Assembly: GCA_002404155.1 (NCBI GenBank)
Contig: DHJC01000092.1
Location: 10,636 to 74,635, forward strand
DNA from: Chloroflexi bacterium UBA4730
GTDB lineage: Bacteria; Chloroflexota; Limnocylindria; P2-11E
DNA: 64,000 nucleotides
Reading direction: 5' to 3'
Of the stretch, positions 17,714-25,396 are shown one piece after another (within the stretch, counting starts at the first letter, position 1; each line of letters starts with the position of its first letter). A program made the translations under genes and the position numbers. A model generated the notes under the pieces. It searched no databases. It was not told the origin of the DNA and saw nothing but the letters and a program-made list of their open reading frames with translations.

Positions 17714-18919
17714 TCACGCGGCCCAACGGATGTTCGCGGCATGGACCGCTTCGTCGTATCGGAGCCCGCGTCGACGCAGATCGAAGAGCAGCTCGAGGAG
17801 CCGGTTGCCGAGGGCCCGGAGCGACTCGTTGTGGTTGTGTCCCCGCTCGCGGTGTCGGCGATAGAACTCCGCCGCCCAGGGGGATCGCCGGCGGGCCTGG
17901 TCGGCCCATTGCTGGACCGCGTCGCGGAACTCCTTCGGACAGGCATGCCGAGCTTTCACCACCGCCCGCTTGCCGCTCTGGATGAGCATCGGGGCTGTCC
18001 CGGCGTACGCGCAGAGCCCCGCGGCACTCGCGAATCGTGCAGGATTGTCACCGGTCCCCGCGAGCACCCGGGAGGCGAGGATCACCCCGAGCCCTGGCAA
18101 GCTGCGGAACAGCTCGCCTTCCGGGTGCGTCTTCAAAAGGCGGTCAAGCTCACGCTCGTACGCGCTGAGCTCTGGTCTGAGCGCCTGGAGCTGGGCGCAG
18201 CGCACCCGGACCAATCGGGCCTTGGCCCGCGCGATCTCGGGGCGAGCCCGAAGGGCCGGTGCCCGGAACGCCTCCTTCGCCGCGGCGGCCTTGGCGGCGA
18301 GATCGCGGTTGGCCCGGCGGGCTTTGAGGAACGATGCGATCTGGAACGCCGAGAGCTTCGCCGCAGCCGCGGGGGTCGGATAGCGCGCCAGGAACGCGAG
18401 GGTCGAGTCGGCACCGAGGTCGAACGCGATGAGCGCTGCCGGGAAGTATTCGTTCAACGCCGAGCGCAGCTGATTGGTGAGCCGGGTCTGTTCGCGGACG
18501 AGGGCGTGCCGATCGCGGGCGAGCGTCGCGATCTCGACCGCCCGCGGCGAGTCCGGCAGCAGCGGCCGGAGGCTCGCCCGATCGGTCCGGACCGCCTGAG
18601 CGAGGACCTCGGCATCGAGGCGATCGTTCTTTCCACCACTGGGCTTGCGCCGGTCGCGGAATCGCTCGGCCGCCTTGGGGTTGATCGGATAGACGACGTA
18701 CCCCGCCTCGACGAGCGCGCTGACCAGGAGGCCGTGGCTGGTCTCGACCGCGACGGCGACCTGCGCTGGATCGGGCTCGCCGTCCGCGATCGCCGCGCGG
18801 AGCAGGGCGATCCCCTCGGGGTCATGGCCGATGCGTTTTCGCCAGCGGACCGTCCCATCCGCATCGACGATGCAGACATCGTGGTGGTCGCTCGCCCAGT
18901 CGACGCCGCAGTTGAGCAT
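17714..18919 (-). CDS. IS110-family transposase (DEDD N-terminal domain + Transposase_20 C-terminal domain)
   Basis: 401 aa. N-terminus MLNCGVDWASDHHDVCIVD...VAVETSHG. C-terminal LPGLGVILASRVLAGTGDNPARFASAAGLCAYAGTAPMLIQSGK, typical of IS110/IS1111 transposases. Confidence 0.92.
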   Translation of the reverse strand: MLNCGVDWASDHHDVCIVDADGTVRWRKRIGHDPEGIALLRAAIADGEPDPAQVAVAVETSHGLLVSALVEAGYVVYPINPKAAERFRDRRKPSGGKNDRLDAEVLAQAVRTDRASLRPLLPDSPRAVEIATLARDRHALVREQTRLTNQLRSALNEYFPAALIAFDLGADSTLAFLARYPTPAAAAKLSAFQIASFLKARRANRDLAAKAAAAKEAFRAPALRARPEIARAKARLVRVRCAQLQALRPELSAYERELDRLLKTHPEGELFRSLPGLGVILASRVLAGTGDNPARFASAAGLCAYAGTAPMLIQSGKRAVVKARHACPKEFRDAVQQWADQARRRSPWAAEFYRRHRERGHNHNESLRALGNRLLELLFDLRRRGLRYDEAVHAANIRWAA

Positions 18920-19086
18920 CGCTGCTCACCGTCCTTCGACCCGCCTGCGACGGCCTGATGGACGAGCCCTCGTGGGGCGACACCCTCCCGGTGCGAAGCG
19001 GGTCAGATCTCTGCGGGAGCGGGACGGTCTAGGTCTAGCCCTCGAAGGGACTGGCGGTCGAGTCCTCGCCCCCGCGAACGGAACTA
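18920..19086 (-). ncRNA. candidate IS110 bridge (guide) RNA in the non-coding left end
   Basis: 167-nt non-coding stretch directly upstream of the transposase, the position where IS110-subgroup elements encode their bridge RNA. Several stems are visible by eye (CCCUUCGAGGG; CCGUC...GACGG). No covariance model was run. Confidence 0.4.
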
Positions 19087-19093
19087 TCCGCCA

Positions 19094-21748
19094 TCAGGCG
19101 GTCTTCGCGGGCTCCGCTCGGAGCGCGTACCCAAGCGCATCGTCCAGCTTCATCACCATCCCGCGCTGCACCGCCGGCTGCCGCTCGGAGGGGATGGTCT
19201 CGGGCTGGGCCCGGTCCTCCGTGGTGCCGAAGATCGCCGCGATGCCGACGCCCGTTTGCGTCGCGAGCGCCGCCCACGCGCCGACGAGCACGTCATGGCG
19301 CTCGAGATCGCCGCCGGACTTCGCGAGCTCGCCGAAGTTGCTGAGCATGAGGACAATGCCGCTCATGTCGCCCGCCGCGATGAAGAGCTCCGTCGCCTCG
19401 GTCCATGCGCGGCGCGCGGCTTCCAGGTCTCGGAGCTTGAGATCGACGACCCCGGTCATGTGCAGATCCCACGCGAGATCGAACTGGTTCGAGAGCGTGC
19501 GATGCTGCTCGAGCGCCTCGCCGATCGTCTTCCGCGCCAGCACGAGGTCCTCGTGCGGCTGGTCGGGACCGTGCGCGAGGACGTTCGTGAGCGCGAACGA
19601 TGCGCGGCCGATAGCGGCACCGTCGCCCAGCTCGCGGAACAGCGCGAGGGCCTCCTCCAGGAGCGCGCGCCCGCGGACCATGTCGGTGTTCGGGATCGTG
19701 TAGGCGAAAGAGAGGTTGTAGGCCGCGAGGGCGACCTCCTTGGGATCACCGAGCTCGCGCGCGAGGTCGAGCGCCGCCGAGTAGTACGTGAGCATCGCGG
19801 GATCGCCCATCCAGTACACGAGGCCGCCGGTCGCCTCGAGCGCCCGTAGGCGGCGCGCCGGGCTGGCTCCGGGCACGGCGAGCGCGCGCTCCGCCCAGCT
19901 CCGTCCCTCGCGCAGGTACCCGCGGATCTGCCAGAACCGCCAGAGGGCGTGGACGATGCGCGCGGCATCGTCGGCGCGGCCGCCGGCGATCGCGAACTCC
20001 AGCGCCGCGCGGAAGTTATCGTGCTCGAGCTCGACGCGATCCAGCCAACGCTTCTGCTCCTTCCCTTGCAGCTCGGGCTGCGCGCGCTCGGCGAGCTCGA
20101 CGTACGCCGCGAGGTGGCGCGCGCGCAGATCGGCCTCTTCGCCGCGCTCCGCGAGGCGCTCGAGCGCGTAGTCGCGGATCGTGACGAGCATCCGGAACCG
20201 CGGCTCGCCCGCCACTTCGAGCTGCCGCACGAGGCTCTGATCGACGAGCTCGCTCACGCCGTCGAGCACGTCGCGGCCGATGTCAGTCGATGGTCCGCAC
20301 ACCGTCTCGAGCTGCTCGAGCTGCGCGCCACCGACGAACACGGCCGAGCGGGCGAACAGTCGCTTCATCCCGTCATCGAGCAGGTCGTAGCTCCACGCGA
20401 TCGCGCCGCGTAGCGTGCGCTGCCGATCGGTACGGTCGGGCGCGGTGCTCGCGAGCAGGTCGAGGCCCTGTTTGAGCCGCGGCAGCATCGCCTGCGGCGT
20501 GAGCAGCTTGACGCGCGCCGCGGCGAGCTCGAGCGCCAGCGGCAGCCCGTCGAGGCGGACGCAGATCTCGGCGACGGACGCCGCGTTCTCGGCGGTCACC
20601 ATGAAGTCGGGCCGGACGGCGCGGGCACGCTCGATGAACAGCTTCACCGCATCTGATTGCGCGAGGACCTCGAGCGACGGGAGCCGTTCCGGATCCGGGA
20701 GCTCGAGCGGCGGGATCGGGAACTCCTGTTCGCCGGAGATCCGTAGCGGCGCACGGCTCGACGTGACGACCTTCACCTTCGGGGCGGCGTCGAGCAAGGT
20801 CGAGATCGTCGCAGCGGCAGGGAGGATCTGCTCGAAGTTGTCGAGCACGAGCAGCAGCTTCTTGTCGCGCACGTGCTCCGTGACCCGATCGATGGGCAGC
20901 TCGTTGCCGCTCACCTGTACCCCGAGCGAATGCGCGATCGTCGACGGTACGAGCTCGGGATCGCTGATCGGCGCGAGCGGCACCCAGAACGCCCCGTCCG
21001 GGAACCCGGCTGCCGCTTCGGCCGCGAGCTGCAGTGAGAGGCGCGTCTTGCCGGTGCCGCCCGGTCCCGTGAGGGTGAGGAGGCGGGTCCCGTCGAGCAG
21101 CTTCAGTCCGTCGCGGATCTCCTTCTCGCGACCGATGAACGTCGTCAGCTGGGTCGGGAGATTGTTCGGCGTGCGATCCAACGTGCGGAGCGCGGGGAAT
21201 TCGCTCGGGCAGCCGTCGATCACGAGCTGGAAGATCCGCTCGGGGTGGGCGAGATCCTTGAGGCGGTGCTCGCCGAGATCGCGGAGCGCCACCCCCGCCG
21301 GGAGATCGTCACCCGCGAGCATCCGGGTCGCGCCCGATGCGAGCACCTGGCCGCCGTGGGCGACGGCGGCGATCCGGGCGGCGCGATGCACGTCGATGCC
21401 GACGTAGTCCGCGCCGGCGCGCTCGCTCGCGGGCGTTCCTTCGCCGGTGTGCATCCCCATCCGCACGCGGACGACGGCGTCGTGCGGGAACGTGGTCGTG
21501 GCGAGGGCTCGCTGGCCGGCCGCGGCCGCCGCGAGCGCATCCTGGGCCGTGGCGAAGACGACGAAGAGCGCGTCGCCTTCGATGCGCACCTCGTGACCCT
21601 TCGCGAACGCCCGGCGGAGGGCCTCGGTGTGGGTCTCCAGGACCTCGTGATAGCGGTCGGTCCCGAGGGCGTTGAGCAGCTTCGTCGACCCCTCGATGTC
21701 GGTGAACAGGAAGGTGAGGGTGCCGCGCGGGAGCGGGCCGGTCGCCAT
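19094..21748 (-). CDS. class III adenylate/guanylate cyclase fused to STAND (NB-ARC-like) ATPase and TPR repeats
   Basis: 884 aa. LTFLFTDIEGST...GDALFVVF...GMHTGE cyclase motifs. LTLTGPGGTGKTRL Walker A and KKLLLVLDNFEQ Walker B. Helical repeat C-terminus. No C-terminal LuxR HTH seen. Confidence 0.88.
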   Translation of the reverse strand: MATGPLPRGTLTFLFTDIEGSTKLLNALGTDRYHEVLETHTEALRRAFAKGHEVRIEGDALFVVFATAQDALAAAAAGQRALATTTFPHDAVVRVRMGMHTGEGTPASERAGADYVGIDVHRAARIAAVAHGGQVLASGATRMLAGDDLPAGVALRDLGEHRLKDLAHPERIFQLVIDGCPSEFPALRTLDRTPNNLPTQLTTFIGREKEIRDGLKLLDGTRLLTLTGPGGTGKTRLSLQLAAEAAAGFPDGAFWVPLAPISDPELVPSTIAHSLGVQVSGNELPIDRVTEHVRDKKLLLVLDNFEQILPAAATISTLLDAAPKVKVVTSSRAPLRISGEQEFPIPPLELPDPERLPSLEVLAQSDAVKLFIERARAVRPDFMVTAENAASVAEICVRLDGLPLALELAAARVKLLTPQAMLPRLKQGLDLLASTAPDRTDRQRTLRGAIAWSYDLLDDGMKRLFARSAVFVGGAQLEQLETVCGPSTDIGRDVLDGVSELVDQSLVRQLEVAGEPRFRMLVTIRDYALERLAERGEEADLRARHLAAYVELAERAQPELQGKEQKRWLDRVELEHDNFRAALEFAIAGGRADDAARIVHALWRFWQIRGYLREGRSWAERALAVPGASPARRLRALEATGGLVYWMGDPAMLTYYSAALDLARELGDPKEVALAAYNLSFAYTIPNTDMVRGRALLEEALALFRELGDGAAIGRASFALTNVLAHGPDQPHEDLVLARKTIGEALEQHRTLSNQFDLAWDLHMTGVVDLKLRDLEAARRAWTEATELFIAAGDMSGIVLMLSNFGELAKSGGDLERHDVLVGAWAALATQTGVGIAAIFGTTEDRAQPETIPSERQPAVQRGMVMKLDDALGYALRAEPAKTA

Positions 21749-21812
21749 GGGCGAATTGTCCGCTCCGGCTCCCTCGGTTGCCAGTACGCGGCAGCGGGCC
21801 TAGACATGTCGC

Positions 21813-22238
21813 ATGGCCGCCGCCCCCGCCGACCTCATCGACACCCTGTCCGGCATCTCGCTGTTCGCCGACGTCGGCGCGGCGGAGCTGAACTCGATCG
21901 CCCACATAGTCGAAGAGCGCCGCTACGCGGACGGCGAGCGGATCCTGCGCCAGGGCATCAGCGGCTCGGCGTTCTACCTCATCCTCGAAGGCGAGGCGAC
22001 GATCCGGGTCAGCGGCACGGACTACGGCACGCTGGGGCGCGGTGAGTTCTTCGGCGAGATCTCGGCGCTGCTCGGCGAGCCGCCGGTGGCCGACATCGTG
22101 GCCGCGCGCACGCTGCGGTGCGCGATCATCCCCGGCCCGGCGGTCGAGCCTTTCATGCTGGCCCACCCGACGGTGATGTACCGGATGCTGAAGGCCGAGG
22201 CGCGCAAGCTCCAGAGGGCCACCAGCTGGCGGACCTGA
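21813..22238 (+). CDS. stand-alone cyclic-nucleotide-binding-like (CAP effector) domain protein
   Basis: 141 aa. LFADVGAAELNSIA...GSAFYLILEGEA...GEFFGEISALLG. The phosphate-binding cassette reads PPVADIVAA instead of the usual P-R-[ST]-A-[ST], by my manual alignment. No DNA-binding domain. Confidence 0.8.
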   Translation: MAAAPADLIDTLSGISLFADVGAAELNSIAHIVEERRYADGERILRQGISGSAFYLILEGEATIRVSGTDYGTLGRGEFFGEISALLGEPPVADIVAARTLRCAIIPGPAVEPFMLAHPTVMYRMLKAEARKLQRATSWRT

Positions 22239-23722
22239 CCCCACCTCATCCGCCTGGCGAATACCCGGTCGTCGTTGTCGGCAGCGGTCCGGGTGGTCTC
22301 CAGCTTTCCTACTCGCTGCAGGTCCGTGGCGTGCGCCACGCGGTGATCTCCGCCGACCCATCACCAGGTGGCATGTTCCGCAGGTGGCCGTTCTTCCAGC
22401 GACTCCTTTCCTGGACGAAGCCGTACGCGCCCGAGGAGCGCGGCTCGCGGTACTACGAGCGCTACGACTGGAACTCGCTCATCGGCGACGAGGACCGGCT
22501 GCGCGCGATCCAGCCCGGGCTGATGGACGGGACCTCGTACTTCCCCGCGCGCGCGGAGATGGAAGCGAGCCTCGCGACCTTTGCGCGCGAGGCCGGGCTC
22601 CAGATCCGCTACGGCTGCCGCTGGACCGGCACGCGGCGCGAGGGCGATGGCTTCGTGCTCGAGACGACTGCCGGCGAGTACCGCTGCCGCGTGCCGGTCT
22701 TCGCGTTCGGGATGGCCGAGCCCTGGAAGCCCGACATCCCCGGGCTCGACGTCGTCCCGCACTACGCCGACACACGCGCGCCCGAGACTTACGCCGGCAG
22801 GCGGATCTTCATCATCGGCAAGGAGGTCTCGGCGTTCGAGCTCGCGAACGGCTTCCTGCCGTGGGCGAAGCAGATCGTCCTCGGGTCGCCGCGCCCGGTG
22901 GCCCTCTCCGTCGTGACGAAGTCCCTGGTCGGTGTGCGCGCGCGGTACGTGCAGCCGTACGAGGACCACATCCTGGGCGGTGGGGTCGTGCTGGTGAACG
23001 CGACCATCGACGAGGTCGTCCGCACTCCCGCCGGCTTCCGGGTGCGCACCATGCGCAGCGACGGCGGCGGTCCGCTCGTGTTCGAGGTCGACGATGTCAT
23101 CGCGACCACCGGCTTCACCCCGCCGATCGGCGACCTACCGACGCTCGGCGCGCAGACCTCGGGCCGCACAAAGATCCCGGCGCTCACGCCGCTGTTCGAG
23201 AGCATCGGCCTGCCCGGCGCGTATATGGCGGGCACCGTGACCCAGGGCGCGCCCGGACTCAAGAAGCACGGGATGCCGAGCAGCTCGGGCGCGGTGCACG
23301 GGCACCGCTACAACGCGCGGATCCTCGCCCGGCATCTCGCGCAGACGTACTTCGGGATCGACCCGGTCCGGCCGCAGCTGAAGGCGGACGCGGTCCTTCC
23401 GTACCTGCTCGCCGAGGTCACGCGCGCGCCGGAGCTGTGGCACCAGAAGTCGTACCTCGCGCGCACGATCCTGGTCGATGGCTCGCGCGGGATCATCGAC
23501 GACGGGATCCTTCCGCTGCAGCTGTTCGTCGACAGCGGCGGCCCCGACGGCGTCGCCGTCACGGTGGAGGCGAACCCCGCCGGCGACATCTACCCGGCCG
23601 TCTACATCCGGAAGGACAACGCGATCATCGAGCATCTACTGCCGTCGAACCCGCTCCTCGATTTCGAGACCGCGGAGCACCGCAAGCAGCTCGCCGACGC
23701 GCTCGGGCCGCTCGGCCTCTAA
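22235..23722 (+). CDS. FAD/NAD(P)-binding oxidoreductase (flavin monooxygenase/disulfide-reductase-like fold); probable CTG start
   Basis: Frame of ORF 22118..23722. GxGxxG (VVVVGSGPGG) begins 12 codons after CTG 22235, which overlaps the upstream TGA as CTGA. A second dinucleotide fold is at IFIIGKEVSAFE. The ATG at 22118 would overlap the cNMP-like gene by 121 nt. Confidence 0.8.
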   Translation: MTPPHPPGEYPVVVVGSGPGGLQLSYSLQVRGVRHAVISADPSPGGMFRRWPFFQRLLSWTKPYAPEERGSRYYERYDWNSLIGDEDRLRAIQPGLMDGTSYFPARAEMEASLATFAREAGLQIRYGCRWTGTRREGDGFVLETTAGEYRCRVPVFAFGMAEPWKPDIPGLDVVPHYADTRAPETYAGRRIFIIGKEVSAFELANGFLPWAKQIVLGSPRPVALSVVTKSLVGVRARYVQPYEDHILGGGVVLVNATIDEVVRTPAGFRVRTMRSDGGGPLVFEVDDVIATTGFTPPIGDLPTLGAQTSGRTKIPALTPLFESIGLPGAYMAGTVTQGAPGLKKHGMPSSSGAVHGHRYNARILARHLAQTYFGIDPVRPQLKADAVLPYLLAEVTRAPELWHQKSYLARTILVDGSRGIIDDGILPLQLFVDSGGPDGVAVTVEANPAGDIYPAVYIRKDNAIIEHLLPSNPLLDFETAEHRKQLADALGPLGL

Positions 23723-25317
23723 GCCGCCGCGCGCTGCGCTTCGGCGGGCTGGGGCGCCGGTCGGTTCTTGATGCCGAGCCCGTTCACCGCCGCGCCGGCC
23801 GCGAGCAGCCCTGCGGAGATCAGCATCGCGAGATGGAACGCGTCCGTCGACGCTTCGCGCTGGGCCTGGGCGACCGCGGCAGCGGACTGCGGACACGGGA
23901 CGTTGCCCCGGCATGGGTCGACGACGTTCAACGGCGCGTACGTCTTGCGGACCTCGGGGTTATTCGGGTCGAGCTGCGGCGCCCGGTCGTGCAGCCCGGC
24001 GTAGAAGCTCGTGGTGATCGCGATGAAGATCACCGCACCGGCGAGCTGCGGGCCGACGCGCGAGATCGCGTTGTTGATCGCCGACGCCACCCCCGAGTTC
24101 TTCGCTGGGACGCTCGTCATCAGCGCGGTCGTGAGCGGCGCGACCATGATCGACAGGCCGAACCCGAACAGCAGGCTCGCCGGCAGGAAGTCGATGAACC
24201 AGCTGGCCGGCGGGAGATAGCTACCCGGGTCGCCGAAGGCGAAGAGCCAGGGGCTCGTGGTGGCCGGCACGCGCAGGTACCAGAGCGTCCCGATGCACAT
24301 CAAGGCCGGACCGATCGCCATGAATGCCTTGGGTCCGTACTTCCCGGCGAGCGCTCCGAACCGCGAGCTGAGGACCACGAGGAACAGCCCGGACGGGAGG
24401 AACGCGAGGCCCGCGGCCGCCGCCGTGAAGCCGACGGTGCCCTGCACGAACAGCGTGATGAAATACCCCAGGACGTAGAGCGCGCCGTAGATCAGGAAGG
24501 TCGAGATGTTCGTCACCGTGAAGTTGCGCGAGCCGAACAGTTCCGGCGGGATGAGCGGATCCGCGCGGCGGGTCATGAGGATCGGGAGCGCGATGGTCGC
24601 GACCGCACCGATGCCGAGCATCACGAAGCCGAGCGGATCCTTCCACTCCCGCTGCTGCCCGTAGATCGCGCCGAACGACAGGCCGCCGACCGCAAGGGCG
24701 ACGACCAACGCGCCGAGCCAGTCGAAGCGGCCGCTCGCGTCCTCATCGCGACTTTCCTGGACATGGGTCGCGGTCGCCCAGAGGGCGACGATGAGCAGCG
24801 GCACGTTGATGAGGAACGCAGCGCGCCACGAGATCGAGTCCACGAGGATGCCGCCGACGAACGGACCGAGGATCGTCGTCGCGGCGGACGCCGCGGCCCA
24901 GAGTCCGAATGCGCGACCCTGCGCCTCGCCAGTGAACGTGACGGTGAGCAGCGCGAGGGAGCCGGGCACGAGGAGCGCGCCCGCGACCCCCTGCAGCACG
25001 CGGAAGAGGACGAGCAGCTCCATATTCGGCGCGAGGCCGCACAGCAGGCTCGTGACGAGGAAGCCGGCGAGCCCGAGGGTGAACATCCGCTTGCGCCCGT
25101 AGAAGTCGTTCAGCGCGCCGGCGAGGATGAGGAGCGCCGATACGGTCAGGAGGTAGCCGTTGTAGATGTACGACTGACCCTCGAGGACGCCGAACAGGCT
25201 GCTCGGGAGCTCCCGGCCGATCTTCGGAAGCGCGACGTTCACGACCGTCGAGTCGAGGAACACGATGCCCGACCCGAGGATCGCGGCGATGAGCGTCCAG
25301 CGCTGGCGCGCCGTCAT
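23719..25317 (-). CDS. MFS drug:H+ antiporter, DHA2 (EmrB/QacA, 14 TM) family
   Basis: ORF 23719..25338 (GTG); alternative ATG at 25317 (MTARQRWTLIAAILGSGIVFLDSTVVNVALP...). GALNDFYGRKRMF motif A; 14 hydrophobic segments. Stop overlaps the convergent flavoprotein stop. Confidence 0.9.
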   Translation of the reverse strand: MTARQRWTLIAAILGSGIVFLDSTVVNVALPKIGRELPSSLFGVLEGQSYIYNGYLLTVSALLILAGALNDFYGRKRMFTLGLAGFLVTSLLCGLAPNMELLVLFRVLQGVAGALLVPGSLALLTVTFTGEAQGRAFGLWAAASAATTILGPFVGGILVDSISWRAAFLINVPLLIVALWATATHVQESRDEDASGRFDWLGALVVALAVGGLSFGAIYGQQREWKDPLGFVMLGIGAVATIALPILMTRRADPLIPPELFGSRNFTVTNISTFLIYGALYVLGYFITLFVQGTVGFTAAAAGLAFLPSGLFLVVLSSRFGALAGKYGPKAFMAIGPALMCIGTLWYLRVPATTSPWLFAFGDPGSYLPPASWFIDFLPASLLFGFGLSIMVAPLTTALMTSVPAKNSGVASAINNAISRVGPQLAGAVIFIAITTSFYAGLHDRAPQLDPNNPEVRKTYAPLNVVDPCRGNVPCPQSAAAVAQAQREASTDAFHLAMLISAGLLAAGAAVNGLGIKNRPAPQPAEAQRAAA

Positions 25318-25355
25318 CAGCGCCTGCGGCTCACGCACGAGCGCCTGCGGCTCAT
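25317..25355 (-). CDS. mini-ORF 2, MSRRRSCVSRRR (12 aa)
   Basis: Duplicate of mini-ORF 1. Its TGA (25319-25317) shares its A with ATG 25317 of the DHA2 pump. Coding status unproven. Confidence 0.3.
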   Translation of the reverse strand: MSRRRSCVSRRR

Positions 25356-25395
25356 CAAGGGCGCCTGCGGCTCACGGACGAGCGCCTGCGGCTCA
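25320..25395 (-). repeat. four tandem copies of TGAGCCGCAGGCGC (spacing 21/20/21 nt) = two copies of a 41-nt unit
   Basis: Read directly on the minus strand: copies at 25395-25382, 25374-25361, 25354-25341 and 25333-25320. Confidence 0.95.
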
Positions 25396-25396
25396 T
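25355..25396 (-). CDS. mini-ORF 1, MSRRRSSVSRRRP (13 aa)
   Basis: Its ATG shares its A with the TGA of the DUF1684 gene (TGATG). Its own TGA shares its A with the next ATG. Coding status unproven. Confidence 0.3.
   Translation of the reverse strand: MSRRRSSVSRRRP

Larger units (their letters stand above)
17696..19101 (-). mobile_element. IS110-family insertion sequence (about 1.4 kb), apparently intact
   Basis: Single DEDD-type transposase gene. Bracketed by 15-nt imperfect direct repeats tccgtcaataggcgg (17696-17710) and tccgccatcaggcgg (19087-19101), 12/15 identical and each palindromic. Inserted between two convergent gene ends. Exact ends not determined. Confidence 0.75.

Noticed and set aside
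22118-22234. ATG 22118 as the true start of the flavoprotein
   Set aside because: It would overlap the cNMP-binding-like gene by 121 nt and add a 39-aa Arg/Gly/Pro/Asp-rich leader ahead of an N-terminal Rossmann fold. It is not impossible, so it is flagged in the findings as the alternative.
25320-25395. CRISPR-like array
   Set aside because: There are only four 14-nt cores with 6-7-nt variable gaps, far too short for repeat-spacer units, and no cas genes are present. It is interpreted as a tandem duplication of a stop-start junction instead.
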